The notes below the pieces were generated by a model. It was not told the DNA's origin. It searched no databases and worked only from the letters and a program-made list of their open reading frames with translations. Position numbers and translations under genes: made by a program. A DNA stretch of 64,000 nt from assembly GCA_043228905.1 (NCBI GenBank), contig JBHGNT010000009.1, positions 8,122,001 to 8,186,000 of the forward strand, written 5' to 3'. Shown piece by piece: positions 38,980 to 51,796 of this stretch (positions within the stretch are counted from its first letter, which is position 1; every line of letters begins with the position of its first letter). The stretch comes from Azolla caroliniana. Its lineage: Eukaryota; Plantae; Polypodiophyta.

Positions 38980-41699
38980 GTGTTGTTCTCTGTTTTACGC
39001 TTCCGCAAACACTTACGTTCACAATTACTAAGTAACCGATTAAGGTCCAATTAAGCGTTGTGTCGTAAGTTATCTCACCGTAACACCCTTTATTGAAGTA
39101 TCTTAACTGGACACCCTGTGTTAGGCTGTTGTCTGGCCCTAAGGATTAACAGTACGGAACCTTGGTGCGTCCGTATCGGAAACTAATACACTTGTGTTGC
39201 CAACTCTACTTGATATTTGCTGCCCGAAGCCATGGTCTGCCCAGAAGCACTAGGTCTGCCCCTAGGGCGTCCAAGGCGAGGACGACCGCCGAGATGTCGA
39301 AGCGATGTCCGCCCACGATAATGCCTATTTTGCGAATTAACCCCAATGGTCGTACTGAGCGGGTATCTGCCATTCGGAGCCAAAATGGGCAAGCCTCCCA
39401 TTCTGAAATGCCTAACTGCTCGCAAGTTTTCGCGCTAATTACATTTACGCTCGAGCTGCCATCGATTATGCATCCAGGAATTTCCGGTCCGTGTAATATT
39501 AATGTAATAGCCGGGATGTGCTGATCCACTACCGGCGGTCTGTTGCTAACGTCTGTAAGGTTTGTAGCGACACTCACCCCGGGTATGCCTGTCACCCGTT
39601 CTTCCATTGTTTGGCGGAAGCAATGGACTAGCTGCAGCAGTTTCTCCATGGTTAACGTTATTTCGCAACCCGCTAATGCCTACCAAATGGGGTTCGGGAC
39701 CTGTCCTTTGTCCTTTGCTCGCTCCCTCGCGTTCGCGGACTCCTTCCGCATGCGCTCTGTATTGGCCGCATTTTCTTTTTCCACCCATGCTTGGGCTTGT
39801 CGTCGTATCTCGTCTTGCGCAGCCCAATCAGCCGTTTTTGTTTGTTGGCGTGTCGTGACTTGCTGCACTTCCGCCATAATCGTATTGACGGCGGGCCCCT
39901 TTCCCTTGCGTGTTGGGCATTGCATGGCATAATGTCCGGGCTGCTGACAAATAAAACAATGTATGCTTGATTCACCCTTCTCGGCTCGTGGTGATGTGTG
40001 CCGCTCCCCTGGTGCTACTTGCTCCTCGCGGTCCGGCCTTGTTTGTCAGAACGCACGCAGTGGTTGTTGTTGGTCTCGTCGTTGTTCTTGGTGTCGCTCA
40101 TCTCCCGAGCTTTTGTCGTAACGCCGGTGATCTCGATATTGCCACGGCTTACCACGATAACCATTGAAGCCGCCCCGTTTGTTTGTCGGCCGGTGATTCT
40201 CGTAGCGCCAACCCCCTTTAGCATAACTCGGATGTCCACGATAATCCTCATCCTCTAGTTCATTTTCCTCGGAGTCGTTGTGATTTCGGCGATTCCGGTG
40301 GTGCCTGTCATCCCGTGGGTTGCGATCCACATATCATGGTCGGTCTTCTTGCCTCCTTTGTTCAGTTCGTCATGGTGGACATTGTGTGTCCATGCTGCGG
40401 ACTGCGGGAGTGGCTCTATTCAACATATTGTATTCGCATTGTTCGATTGTGTGAGCCTTCGCGTGGCAGATTGGGCAGTGGATTCGTATATTGCACTCCA
40501 CTGCGGAATGCCCCGAGTTCAAGCAAATTGTGCACTGGATTGCTTGACGAAACTGGCGTTCCTCGTCTTGGGGTAACGCTTGTCATAAGGAGGACATAGA
40601 AAACCTTTCCTCCTCCTCGTCCAACTCGAGCTGTAACCCTCATTCAATGACCATATCCGTCGTTTCCCCTTTCACGCTATTGTTGTTGAACGTTGCCCGG
40701 ATGGGTCGGCGTAATGCTGCCAGAAATGTTTCTCGAGCCTCGTCCTCCGCGGGGCTCCATTCTAGTTTCTGTTGTAGATTTTGGAAATGTAAGCTTAAAT
40801 CTGCGATCGTCTCGGTCGGCAGTTGCTTAATCGTGTAGAACTGTCCGAGGATTTCGCGTTGTGGAACCCTCCGATGGAAGAACCGCAAGAAAGCAGACTA
40901 CAGTTGATCGAAGGTTGTGATTGCTGGTAAATCCATCTGTGAATGCCAAAACGCTGCTCGCCCATCCAATGTTAATCGGAACTCCGTCATTTTCGGCTAG
41001 TTTGAGTTTCTTCACTGGCCGGTTCCCGGATGCCGGTCACCGTCCATCGTCGGCTCCGTCGCCGGATGTCGATCACTGTACATCGTCGGATCCGTAGCCG
41101 GATGCCAGTCACCATCCATTGTCGGATCCGTTGTCGGATGCCAAATGTCGATTACCGGTCACCGATTTCGTCGTCAGATGCCGTCACCATCATCGTCCAG
41201 TTGCCGGTTGCCGGATGCCTCCAGTTGCCTGCTCCATCCGGTTTCCGATTATGTCATCGGCTGGTTTGAGTTTCTTCACCGGCTGGTTCAAGCACTTAGC
41301 CACATCCGGCGACTTAGCCACATATGTCCATCTAGACAAAAGTGGCTTAAGTCCAACTATTTATTATGTGCTCTTAACACATAGATAAAATATGATGGAT
41401 CTCAATATGCTTATATAGCTGAAACCTAAACTTTTCCTATGTATGTGGGATATTTCACAGTTTTATTTTTCTCTTTGTCTTTTGAAAAACTTTATACCCA
41501 CATAACTTGACACTTAGATGTCTGTTTCTTATGTAGTAAAGTGCATTCGAAAGCTCTTCATGACCTCCACCATTTTGTACCAAGACATTAAACCTTTTTC
41601 AAATTAGTATCTTTACTATTATTGTTTTATGCGATTCATACTCGATTCCGTATGTTTTATGCAATTTTCACACCATTGCCGAAAATCTTCACAACAACG

Positions 41700-44600
41700 T
41701 GTCGAGGTGATGCAAACCCAGCTCACCTGAGAAATGCCGCAACTTGTCGAGAACAAGGGGCTTGGTGAAGATGTCGGCAATCTACCGACCCGTGGGGACA
41801 TACGCTAGTTCGACTTCACTAGAAAGGACACGCTTGCAGACAAAATGGTAGTGCACCTAAATGTGCTTGGTCCGGGCATGGAATACAAGATTTTTCGCAA
41901 GGTGGATGTTGTTGAGGTTGTCACTATAGATCATCGTCGGATCGAACACCTCCACATGTAGATCCCATAATAGCCGTTTTAGCCAAATGACTTCGCATGT
42001 AGCAACATTCGCCCCTTGATATTCGGCCTTCGTGCTCGATAGTGCCACTGTCGGCTTCTTCTTACTGCTCCATGTGATCGCCACACTTCCCAATGAGAAT
42101 GCATATCCGGATGTGGATCTACGATCGTGGGCATTTCCGGCCCAATCGGCATTCGTGTAGCCAACTAATTGTTCGGCTACGCCTGCCCGATACAGCAATG
42201 CCATGTCCTTAGTGCCGCTGACATATCGCAATATCCTTTGCGCGCACTGAAAGTGTTCGGCCGTGGGCTACGACATAAATTGACTAATCAAGCTGACCGG
42301 GTAACTGAGATCCAGTCGTATGATCGTCAAGTAGATTAGGCTTCCAACAATCTGTCAGAACCGTGTCGGGTCGCATGCCTTTCCCGAATCTCGGCGAAGC
42401 TTTACATTTCTGTCTAGAGGGTTCAAGATGGGCTTACAATCTGCCATCCCGAACTTGAAGAGCATGTTCAATGCATAATGACATTGGTTGATCAATATGC
42501 CTTCGGGGGTACGAATCACTTCGATCCGGAGGAAGTAATGAAGGTCGCCAAGATCCTTCATTTCAAACGATGCCGCAAGCTGAGACTTTACATGACCGAT
42601 TTCTTCCAGGTTGTCACCGGCAATGACTAAATCATCAACATAAATTAAAAGACAAACTGGTCCATGTCGACCTTGCCGAACAAACAATGAAGAGTCTGAT
42701 CTGGACATCTAAACCCCATTCTACGCAAGTGTTGCGTAATCTTCGTGTTCCAAGCTCGTGGGGCTTGTTTAAGTCCGTATAACCCTTCTTCAATCAGTAG
42801 ACTACCGAAGTGTTCTGTTCGAATAGAAATCTAAGGGGTTGTACCATGTACACTTATTCCTCAAGATCGCCTTGTAGGAACACATTTTTTACATCCATCT
42901 GATGTAAGTGCCACCCCTTCGCCGCAGCTACGACTAGCAGAACTCACACGGTAGTCATCTTCGTGTCTAGTGTGAAGGTCTCGTCGTAATCAACGTCGTA
43001 TTTCTGCGCATAGCCTTTCGCAACCAAACGTGCCTTACATCGGTTGACCGAGCCGTCGATGTTGTATTTCACCTTAAACACCCATCTGCATCCGATCGGC
43101 TTAAGACCTTTAGGTGCGTCAACCAGGTCCCAAGTCTCGTTGTCTGTTAAAGCATGCATCTCTTCCTCCATCGCGGCACGCCAATTCGCATCTTTCGCCG
43201 CTTCTGCGTAGCTCTCCGGCTCACGCACTTCCGCCACTCATGTCATGTACGTGTAATGGTGCGCCATGTATTCATTGTACCCGTATCTTTTTATGGGGTT
43301 CTTCAAGCAGGTAGATCGGCGTAATTCGTGATTACCTGATTTCACAGCCTTTTCGCCCGATTTCGACCTCTTCAATGGAGGTTCCTTTTCGATTGGTTCG
43401 AAATCAAACTCGCCCCGATCTGAGTCGGCACTGCCGAAATCGTATTCTGGCATTTTCTTCTTCCCTTTTTCTTTACACGTAAACCTTCTCTGCGGTTCTT
43501 TACTCGGGGACAACACGGCCGAGTCTCCACTACTCACCGACTCTTCATTTTGCTGGCCATCTCGGCTCAACCCCTCATTCGGCCCGCTTAGCTAAAATGA
43601 GATCAGACTCTCTGTTAGAGCTTCGATTTCCTCATCACACAGAGGCGGCTTGGCCTCACTAACCTCTTCTTCAGACTTCGGAATGGAGTCATGAGGTATT
43701 GGAGGTGAAGGCAAGTACCACGAAGTGGACTCGTCGAACACGACATCTCGGCTTACACAGACTTCCTTTTTTCGGGGGTTATAGCACTTTTCGGCTATGG
43801 CGTCCAACTTCCTCCGTTTCTCCTTTGGCACATGCCTGTACACGATGCTGCTGAAAATCCTCAAGTGTGCCAAGTTCGACTTCTTGTCGTAATACAACTC
43901 ATGTGGTGACACTCCTCCATTAGCAGAGGTCAGATTCTGCAAGTAAACAGCCGTCCTTATGGCTCCAGCCCAGTAAAACTTCGGCATATGCTTCTCTTCA
44001 AGCATTGCCCTGACCGCTTCTTCAATTGTTTGATTATTCCGCATGTCTATGCCATTCTCCTCCAGCGTATATCTACACGAGAATTCATGTCGAATTCCCT
44101 CCTTTTGTAGCTAACTCGTGAACTGGTTGGAGAAGTACTCCCCGCCATCGGACCGTAGGCACTTGATCATACGCCCAATTTCCCTCTCCGCAAGGCTCTT
44201 CACCTTCAAGAACCACGTGAAGACTTCGCTCTTTTTCGCGATCAAGCACGCCCAGGTGTGCCGAGTGAAGTCATCAATGAAGGTTACGAAGTAACGGCTT
44301 CCACCAAGACTCACGTTCTATGCTGGTCCCCACACATCCGAATGGATCAAATCCACAGGATTTCGACTACGCTTACACTCATTGGGGAATGGAAGTTGGT
44401 GCTACTTCCCTAGTTGGCAAGCTTCGTATACTTGGCCGTTACGACCCTGACATTTCGGCAATCCGAAAACAATATTTTTCGTCTACATTTCACGAAGCCG
44501 TGAGAAGTTAACGTGACCAAACCGCTTGTGCCACAAGTCGATATCCGATTCGACCTTCTGTCCTTTTGCGAACAGCGCGGTTCCAGCTTGGTTAGTGTCG

Positions 44601-45890
44601 GGGATGAACATCCTCCCTTCACGGCGCCCTTGCGCAATAACTTGGCCTTCCTCTTCGATGTAGCACCCCAGGTGTGTGAATCGAACTTGCATCCCCTGGT
44701 CGACGATCTGACCGACTGACACCAGGTTCCTGGTTATTGTCGGGACATGCAACACGTTCATGAGTTTCCCTTTCTGCCCGATGTGGCTGAGGGGAACTTC
44801 ACCGACATGTTCGATGGTATGTGGAGTGTCGTCTCCAGTTTTGACCACTCCTTGTTTTTCCGGTTTCTCCAAGTACGAGAACGATTCCTCATGACTCGTC
44901 ATATGATTTGACGCTACGGAATTAACATACCATGCCTCGCTCGATTTCGAGGTGTTCATGGCCATCAAATTGGCCTTGTGCTTCATTACGAAAGCTACGC
45001 CTAATCCATTTTCGGCTTGTTCAGACGCTCGGTGTAGTGCGATTTTTGACGTCTTCCCTGCGTCTCTTCCGCTCGATCTACTTTGTCTGAATCAGTTTTC
45101 TTCTTCCAGCACTCGCTCTCCCTGTGGCCTTTCTTGCCATAGTACCAGCAATCCATCGTGGCCTTCGGCCGCTATGACTCCCCCTGCTTCTGGAGGGTTC
45201 GAAATTGCTTCCGGCATTTCGATTATGCCGCACGTTCTGCCCTTTTCGGCCGCCTCCAATGCGCACCGGTCCGCCTCGTCCACCATGACCACGGGGCCTA
45301 TCTTCCTCCGTGTACAACATCTTGTTGTCAGTGTGCGTACTCGTCGATGCACCCGCGTGATTTTCCACCGACTAAAGCTCGAAGAACGAAGGCGTATTCT
45401 CCCTTGTGCAGACTGTCGTTTGGAATGCTCCGAACTTTGACGCTAACCCTCCAAGACAAACCTGCACCATTTCGTCCTCCTCAATGTTCACGTTGACGGA
45501 GACAAGAGAGTCGTAGATCTCCTTGATTCAGGTTGTGTAATCGGCCACAAACAGATCTTTTTGTCGGACATTGCTGAGCTCTTGCCTGAGCTGCAGCTTC
45601 CTGGCTATTGTGTTGGCGGTGAAAATCCCCTTGAGATTCGCCCACGCGTCCTTTGGCGTCTTAGCATCCCGAAAGTAGCTCAAGAGCTGGTCAGTCACAC
45701 AGGACGTGAAGCAATAAAGAACTTTACTTGCCGCTTGTTCCCAAGCTGAAAAATCTCTGTGTGTCAATTCGGGTGTTGTATCATTAGCTCCTTCGACATA
45801 ACTCCAGTAACCATGACCAAGTAGGTAGTGGTGCATCTTGTACGACCAGGATGTGTAGTTGCTCCTATTGAGCTTCTCATTACTCTGTCC
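41700..45890 (-). pseudogene. B1 gag-pol remnants
   Basis: Fragmented ORFs homologous to B2: KMHHYLLGHGYWSYVEG, EPESYAEAAKDANWRAAM, IYVDDL and HARTKHI. Confidence 0.93.
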
Positions 45891-46956
45891 ATATTGTTGT
45901 CCTATCCATTCCGAAAACAATAACTTAACTTTGTGTTTATCGCAAGCTTTTCTGTCGGCTGCAGAGGACTTCAACCCTCGCACTCTGATACCATGTAAAA
46001 GAATACATGTGCGGAAGCGTATGTGTATGAGTAAGAAGGGATTGCATCTGTTGGCCGACCATAAGCTTCTACCAGAAGTAAAGGGACTGCTCTTGGAGAA
46101 GTGCATCGATTGCGTAGTCGAAAAGTAGAACAGAGCAACATTCCACACACGACCACCAAGGAGAAGAGAAACTCCACTGGAACTAGTCTACACATATGTG
46201 TGCTATGTAGATTTTCCATCGCATCGAGGTAGACAATACTTTGTGACTTTCATCGACGACTACAGTCAGTAGTTGTGGGCTTTCGTAGTAAAGTCAAAAG
46301 ACCAAGTATAGTCGTTCTTCAAGGAGTTCCATGCAAGAGCCGAACGACTGTCCGAACTGACAATGGTGGCAAACATAAAGGGTAGTTTGAGGAATACTAC
46401 AAGACCCAAGGTATTTGAATCGAATACATAGTATTGAAGACCCTTGAGTTGAACGGGCTTGCAGAGAGGATGAATCGAACAATCATGGAGAGAGTAAGGA
46501 GCATCCGGTCGCATGCTAAACTACCGAAAATATATTGGGTTGAGGTGATGTACATGACTGTTTATCTAATCAACAGGTCTCCCTCAATGCCATTGAAAGG
46601 TGATGTCCCACAAAGGGTGTGCACAGGAAAGGATGTCTCCTACCGACACTTGAGGGTGTTTGGATGCCTAGTCTATATGCATGTGCCTAAGGATTAGAGG
46701 CCGAAGCTCGACAGTAAGTCAAAGCCATGCATATTCATGGAACACTCAGAAGATGAGTTCAGCTATAGGATATGGGACTTAGACGATAAGAAGATAGTGA
46801 GGAGTAGGGACGTAGTCTTCTTGGAAGACAAGATGATTGAGGATTGGAAACAACAGAGGTTGGAATCGACTACCACTACCACTGACTTAAGACCAAGTGA
46901 ACCGAAACAGTCGGCTGCTTGGAGACAGCCATTCGGCACAGCCGAATCCGAGTCGG

Positions 46957-48009
46957 TGTTGTGAAGTACGAAAGCTTCACATTAAAAGTCTACAATAAGA
47001 TAAATACGTAACAAAAATAAAATAAACCTTTATAATGTTTTATACATAAAGACAATATTAATAACAGACTATGATAATATTATACAATATATGTAGAGGC
47101 AAAAATATATATTATATTACATGGACAAAAGAGGACTTGAACCAATAAACCCTACCTTATAACACTCAAAGGTTACCATTTAGCTTATACTTATAATTTA
47201 TAAAATATATGTTAATTTATTTGAAGTAGTATTTTATAGTCTAAACCATGTAATATAATACATGCACATCATATAGCAAATTACATGGGCAAAAGAGGAC
47301 TTGAACCAACAACCTTAAACTTACGACATTCAAACCTTACCATTTAGACTATGCTTGTAATGTGTATAAATATGTGTCTTCCATTTATTTGAAGTAATAT
47401 TATATGGTTTAAACCATCAAATGTGCTACATGTGCAGCATATAGCACACATGCAAGAGCCTCTCCGCATGTGCGCCACATGGCCCACATGTAGAACCATC
47501 TCTTCCCTATAAAAGGAGAAGGATGTATAGACAAAAGAAGCCAAGAAATAAGATGGAAATAATTATATTGGATCTAGATAAAGATATATTGTAATAGAGA
47601 AAGAGAGAGACAAAGGTATTCTTAAAAGAGAAAAGAAGAACTAGCTTGGTGGTGGTGGTCCTCAACTCGCAATGGAAGGGCGGCGGTTCGAGTCTTATAC
47701 TTGTCGAGAGATTGGAGGGAAGACTATGGTCTACCATCAAGAAAGAGAGGAGTGATTACCTTGTGAGACAAAGCTCGAAGGATCAACGATGCTCGCAATC
47801 ATTTTGTAACTCATTCATCAAATAATTATAAGTTTCTTTCATTCCTTCAAATATCATTCTATATCCCATCTTATCATATCTTGTTGATCTCTATTTACTC
47901 TATCTCTACTCTTTCGTCTCTTCCATCCATAATCCCAGTGATTCCCCTAACTTTCACAATATCTTTTGTCTACGCAACGGTACGCTTCTAGGCGAGCTAC
48001 GCCACGACA
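46957..48009. mobile_element. Solo LTR (4-bp-TSD group)
   Basis: TGTTGTGAAG...CCACGACA termini with TSD TCGG/TCAG. The empty site is visible in copia A copy 1 near 725. Confidence 0.87.
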
Positions 48010-48402
48010 TCAGTCAACTTGGAGAGACCGAACGATTATGAGTCTGAGTCGGCAGAGCTGTTAAGATCGATCAAGGAATATGAGTCGATGTCATCCAACG
48101 TTGAGAAGCCGATTGACATACATGAACCTCAGCCAAGAGTAGAGTCAGCAGAGTCATCCGAACTGAAGTTGGCAACAAGTGGAAGGAGATACCCACTCAA
48201 GGAAACGAGAGCACCGACAACATATGTCAGTCCATACATCCTCGTAACTGATGAAGATGAACCCGAGTGCTATGATGAAGCCATTGCCGACAAGCATAGA
48301 GAGAAATGGCCGAGCGCGATGCAAGATGAGATGGATTCTTTGCACGAGAATTATTCCTACGACCTAGTAGAGCTGCCGAAAGGTAAGAGAGCACTCAGGA
48401 AT

Positions 48403-48815
48403 TGTAAAAGAATACGTGTGCAGAAGCGTATGCGTAAGACACAGAGTACACAGTTTGGAAGTACAACAGTTTGGTAAAACGCAGAAATCACAAAGAAGGA
48501 GAGACAGAGAGAGAGAGAGAGCAGAAAATGAAACTATATTAAAAAATAATTCGTTGCATGTTCTCTGTATGTACTTCGTGCTTAGTGAGCACCTTTGATA
48601 CAAGCCCTGACTCTTGGGCTGACACAAGTACTGACAATACTTGACCTCTCATAAATGAGCCTTCTACACTAACTCCCAAAATTATTCCTTATGAGGAATA
48701 ACGTTCTAACGGCCTCTCGGTTTACACACCGCCACGGCCATATTGTGTGTACGGTTTTTACGCACCCAGTCTATGCACCTGTTTACGCACCCAATGTTGA
48801 GGTTGTTTCTCAATA
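48403..48815 (-). mobile_element. Solo LTR of copia B1 type
   Basis: Homologous to 1112-1530, with a perfect 5-bp TSD GGAAT. Confidence 0.92.
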
Positions 48816-49425
48816 GGAATAAATGCGTCTACAAGGTGAAGTCTGGAGAAGACAACAGTGCACCTAGGTATAAAGCTTGCATAGTGGTTCAGAAGGGATT
48901 CCAACAGAAAAAGGGTGTCGACTTCGACAAGATTTTCGCCCCAGTCGTGAAGATGATATCCATCTGAACTATTTTGAGCATAGTTGCCAGCATGGATCTA
49001 GAGATCGAACAGTTGGATATCAAGACAACATTCTTGCATGGGGAGCTAGATGAAGAGATTTACATGCAGCAACCCGAAGACTTTGTGTGTTGACTGAAGA
49101 AAAGCTTGCATGGGTTGAAACAAGCTCCACGCCAATGGTACAAGAAGTTCGAGTCCTTCATGGTGGAACATAGGTTCAAGAAAACACAAGCTGATCACTT
49201 TGTGTTCATCAAAAGGTACGACGAAGGTGACTTCTTGATTCTGTTGTTATATGTAGATGACATGTTGATAGTCGGTCAAGTTACAAGGAAGATCGGAAGC
49301 CTGAAGAAAGCTCTAGGCAAATCGTTTGCCATGAAAGATCTTGAACCGGCTAAACAGATCTTAGGGATGCACATAGTTTGGAACAGAACTAAGAAAGTGT
49401 TGTGGTAGTCGCAAGAGAAATACGT

Positions 49426-50073
49426 TGTCGCGAAGATTCGCGCGTGCGTGTGCTACTCGAGCGACCACCGGGGTCTTGGACTGGGGAGGATGTTCGCGGA
49501 ATTATCGAAGAGATGACGATCAATGTAAGATTAGATGAAATTTGTTCACTTGAGAAGAAGGAAGATTGTACACTTGAGAAGTAGGAAAATATTAAGAAGA
49601 TAAAGACAAATATAATTATATTGATGATAAATGGTGTTGGTGATATGACATATTGAGCCCCCCTTACACAAGCCCAACTAGAGGCTTTTATAGGTCTTTC
49701 CATGCTCGTGACATGCACAAACCCATGGGCTAAAACCATGGTTTTGTGCACACGGTTTTGCTTATGTCATGCACAAACCATGGGTTTAAAACCATGGTTT
49801 TGTGCACATGGTTTTCTATGGTTGTTTCGTCTATAATTTGTATATGAAAAGAAAATACATAAGATCTACACTATATGATAGTTGTCCTAGTGGTAAGGCA
49901 ATTATCTTGTATCTTAGAGGTGCAAGGTTCAAACCTTGCTTGCACCCCTCTGTATGAACTCAAGTGCCACTAGGCCTTAGGAGGCTTATTTTCTAAGTGT
50001 ATGTGCAATGTTGCACATCCTTGGTTTATTCGTCTCACTTGGTTTCACACCGTAGCCGAAAATCATCACGACA
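49426..50073. mobile_element. Solo LTR (4-bp-TSD group, C-like)
   Basis: TGTCGCGAAGAT...ATCATCACGACA termini with TSD ACGT/ATGT. Removing it restores RT EKYVTKIL. Confidence 0.9.
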
Positions 50074-51796
50074 ATGTGACTAAGATCCTAAAAAGATTCA
50101 ACATGTCGGAAGCAAAGCCAGTCGGTTCTATGTTATTGACCAACTGCAAGTTAAATGCAAAGCAAAGCCCGAGAGGGGAGAAAGAAAAGTCTGAGATGAG
50201 GAAACTACCATATGCCTCAGCCGTCGGCAATCTAATGTATGCTATGGTTTGCACGAGACCAAACATAGCATTTGTTGTGGGAACAATAAGCTGATATATG
50301 AGTAATACAGGACGAGAGCACTGGGCAGCGGTGAAATGGATACTCAGGTACTTAAAAGGCACCTCGAGGGTATGCCTAAGGTATGGTGTCGGAAAACCCA
50401 TGCTCGAAGGGTTTAACGATTCGGACATGTTGGGGGATGCTGACTCGAGCCGATCCACGTCAACTTACGTGATGACCTATGCAGGGGGAGTAGTGTCGTG
50501 GCAATCACGACTGCAAAAATCTATGGCCTTGTTGACCACAAAGGCAGAGTACATGGCGGTGGTAAAGGCCAGTAAGGAGCTGATTTGGATGAAGAGTTTC
50601 CTCAGTGAACTCGGGATGAAGCAAGAAGAATTCTTGCTCCACTGTGATAATCAGAGTGTCATACAAATTGCAAAGAATGCTACATACCACTATTAGACCA
50701 AGCATATATAAAGGAGGTATCATTGGTTGCGAGAGAAGGTAGATGAAGGAAATTTTTCCCTTGTGAAGATCCATACCGATGACAATGGATCCAACATACT
50801 GACAAAGAATCTACCAATGGACAGACTTAGAGTCTGTTGACAGAGAACAGGAATAATTGACTCCTCCGCACAGGAGTGAAGGGTGAGTTTGTTGGGAATA
50901 TGTCCTTCCAGTGGGAGGAGTCGAGTGTTTTGACCAAGCTCCGATGGTTGAAGAGTCGACTGCAAGAAAGTCGACTGGGTGAGTCGACAGAAAGGAGATC
51001 CAGGTCGAAGGCACGACCGACTAGTTGGGCCGACCGGATGGTTGATGACCAGGCCGACAAGTCGGACCGACTAGACAATCGACACTAGAGTCAGCTGATG
51101 GCTACTTATTATTATAGATAATAATAGTAGTGATGTGTAGTAGGGGCTACATTTGTAAATAGGCAATATTGTGTACTAGTATTAATACACCTAGGGCAAA
51201 CAATGTATGGGTGATGAGAAGAGAAGAATAGAATAGATTGAGCGTTGTCTAGTGCGAACTGAGTGACGATAGAGAGAGATAGCGGCGCCATAGTTGTGTT
51301 CGTAACAGCAGACGCCAATGTTAACTCTTCGGGCCAGACAATGGCCTAACACAGGGTGTCTACGGGAGACACTTCACCAAAGGGTGTTACGGAAACCGGA
51401 TTAGATTTCAACGCGATTAAGTTACTTATTATGATCGTCTTTCATAACACACGCGTAAGATATAACAATTAAGACAGAACGGCAATTAACACAGAGAGAT
51501 AACAACGCTTAAGCTTTCATTAATTAACCGCTAACTATTACATTGTATCTAGGCCTTTAAATAGGTTTCCGGTCTGTATTACAAAACGGTGCCATCCGCA
51601 CTTGTTCAGGATCTGTCCGGATCCGGAACGGCATACCGTTTCCGGTCCGTCCGTCCACACTCATAGCTTAATTACAACCACATTCCTACTACTTAAATAA
51701 CTCTCCGTTTCCCACTCTGGACTCCTTTGCCGGCCGGTAACACATGGCACGCCCGTGGGACAGTACCTTGTACGTCGAATCCACAACCGACCCTTG

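Larger units (their letters stand above)
33112..39023 (+). mobile_element. Full-length Ty1/copia element B2
   Basis: LTRs at 33112-33534 and 38615-39023 with TSD ATTAT/ATTAC. PBS TGGTATCAGAGC (tRNA-iMet) at 33535 and PPT TTGAGGGGGAG at 38604-38614. Confidence 0.97.
30605..39151 (+). mobile_element. Ty3/gypsy element G remnant (D-related): coiled-coil ORF and 3' LTR (32775-33111 plus 39024-39151)
   Basis: ORFs 30605-31640 closely match D 52091-53084. The LTR is homologous to the D LTR, and TSD GTACG flanks 20763-39151. Confidence 0.82.
2923..40995 (-). mobile_element. Ty3/gypsy element F1, 5'-truncated, interrupted by J, the DNA transposon and the H/G block
   Basis: 3' LTR at 2923-4415 is homologous to 23252-23672 and 29684-30122. 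Integrase lies at 6945-7564 plus 18219-18900, RT/RNase H at 18863-20140, and protease/gag at 39152-40995. Confidence 0.87.
2076..41696. mobile_element. 4-bp-TSD group LTR C (own sequence about 2076-2922 and 41000-41696), hosting the F1 nest
   Basis: Termini TGTCGTGAAGAT...ATCTTCACAACA with TSD GCGT/ACGT. The same CCGGATGCCGGTCA-type repeats occur on both sides of the nest (2690-2920 and 41020-41260). Confidence 0.8.
1112..46035 (-). mobile_element. Ty1/copia element B1, expanded to about 45 kb by nested insertions (own sequence 1112-2075 and 41697-46035)
   Basis: The RNase H C-terminus reads through across the 2076-41696 insertion (LHHLDT|PNLRG). The gag-pol remnants lie at 41700-45890, the PBS TGGTATCAGAGT at 45982-45993, and a truncated 5' LTR starts at 45994. 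Confidence 0.85.

Noticed and set aside
49880-49948. Functional tRNA gene
   Set aside because: A and B boxes are present, but I could not see convincing acceptor or anticodon stems, and it lies inside an LTR. It is reported as a tRNA-like module instead.
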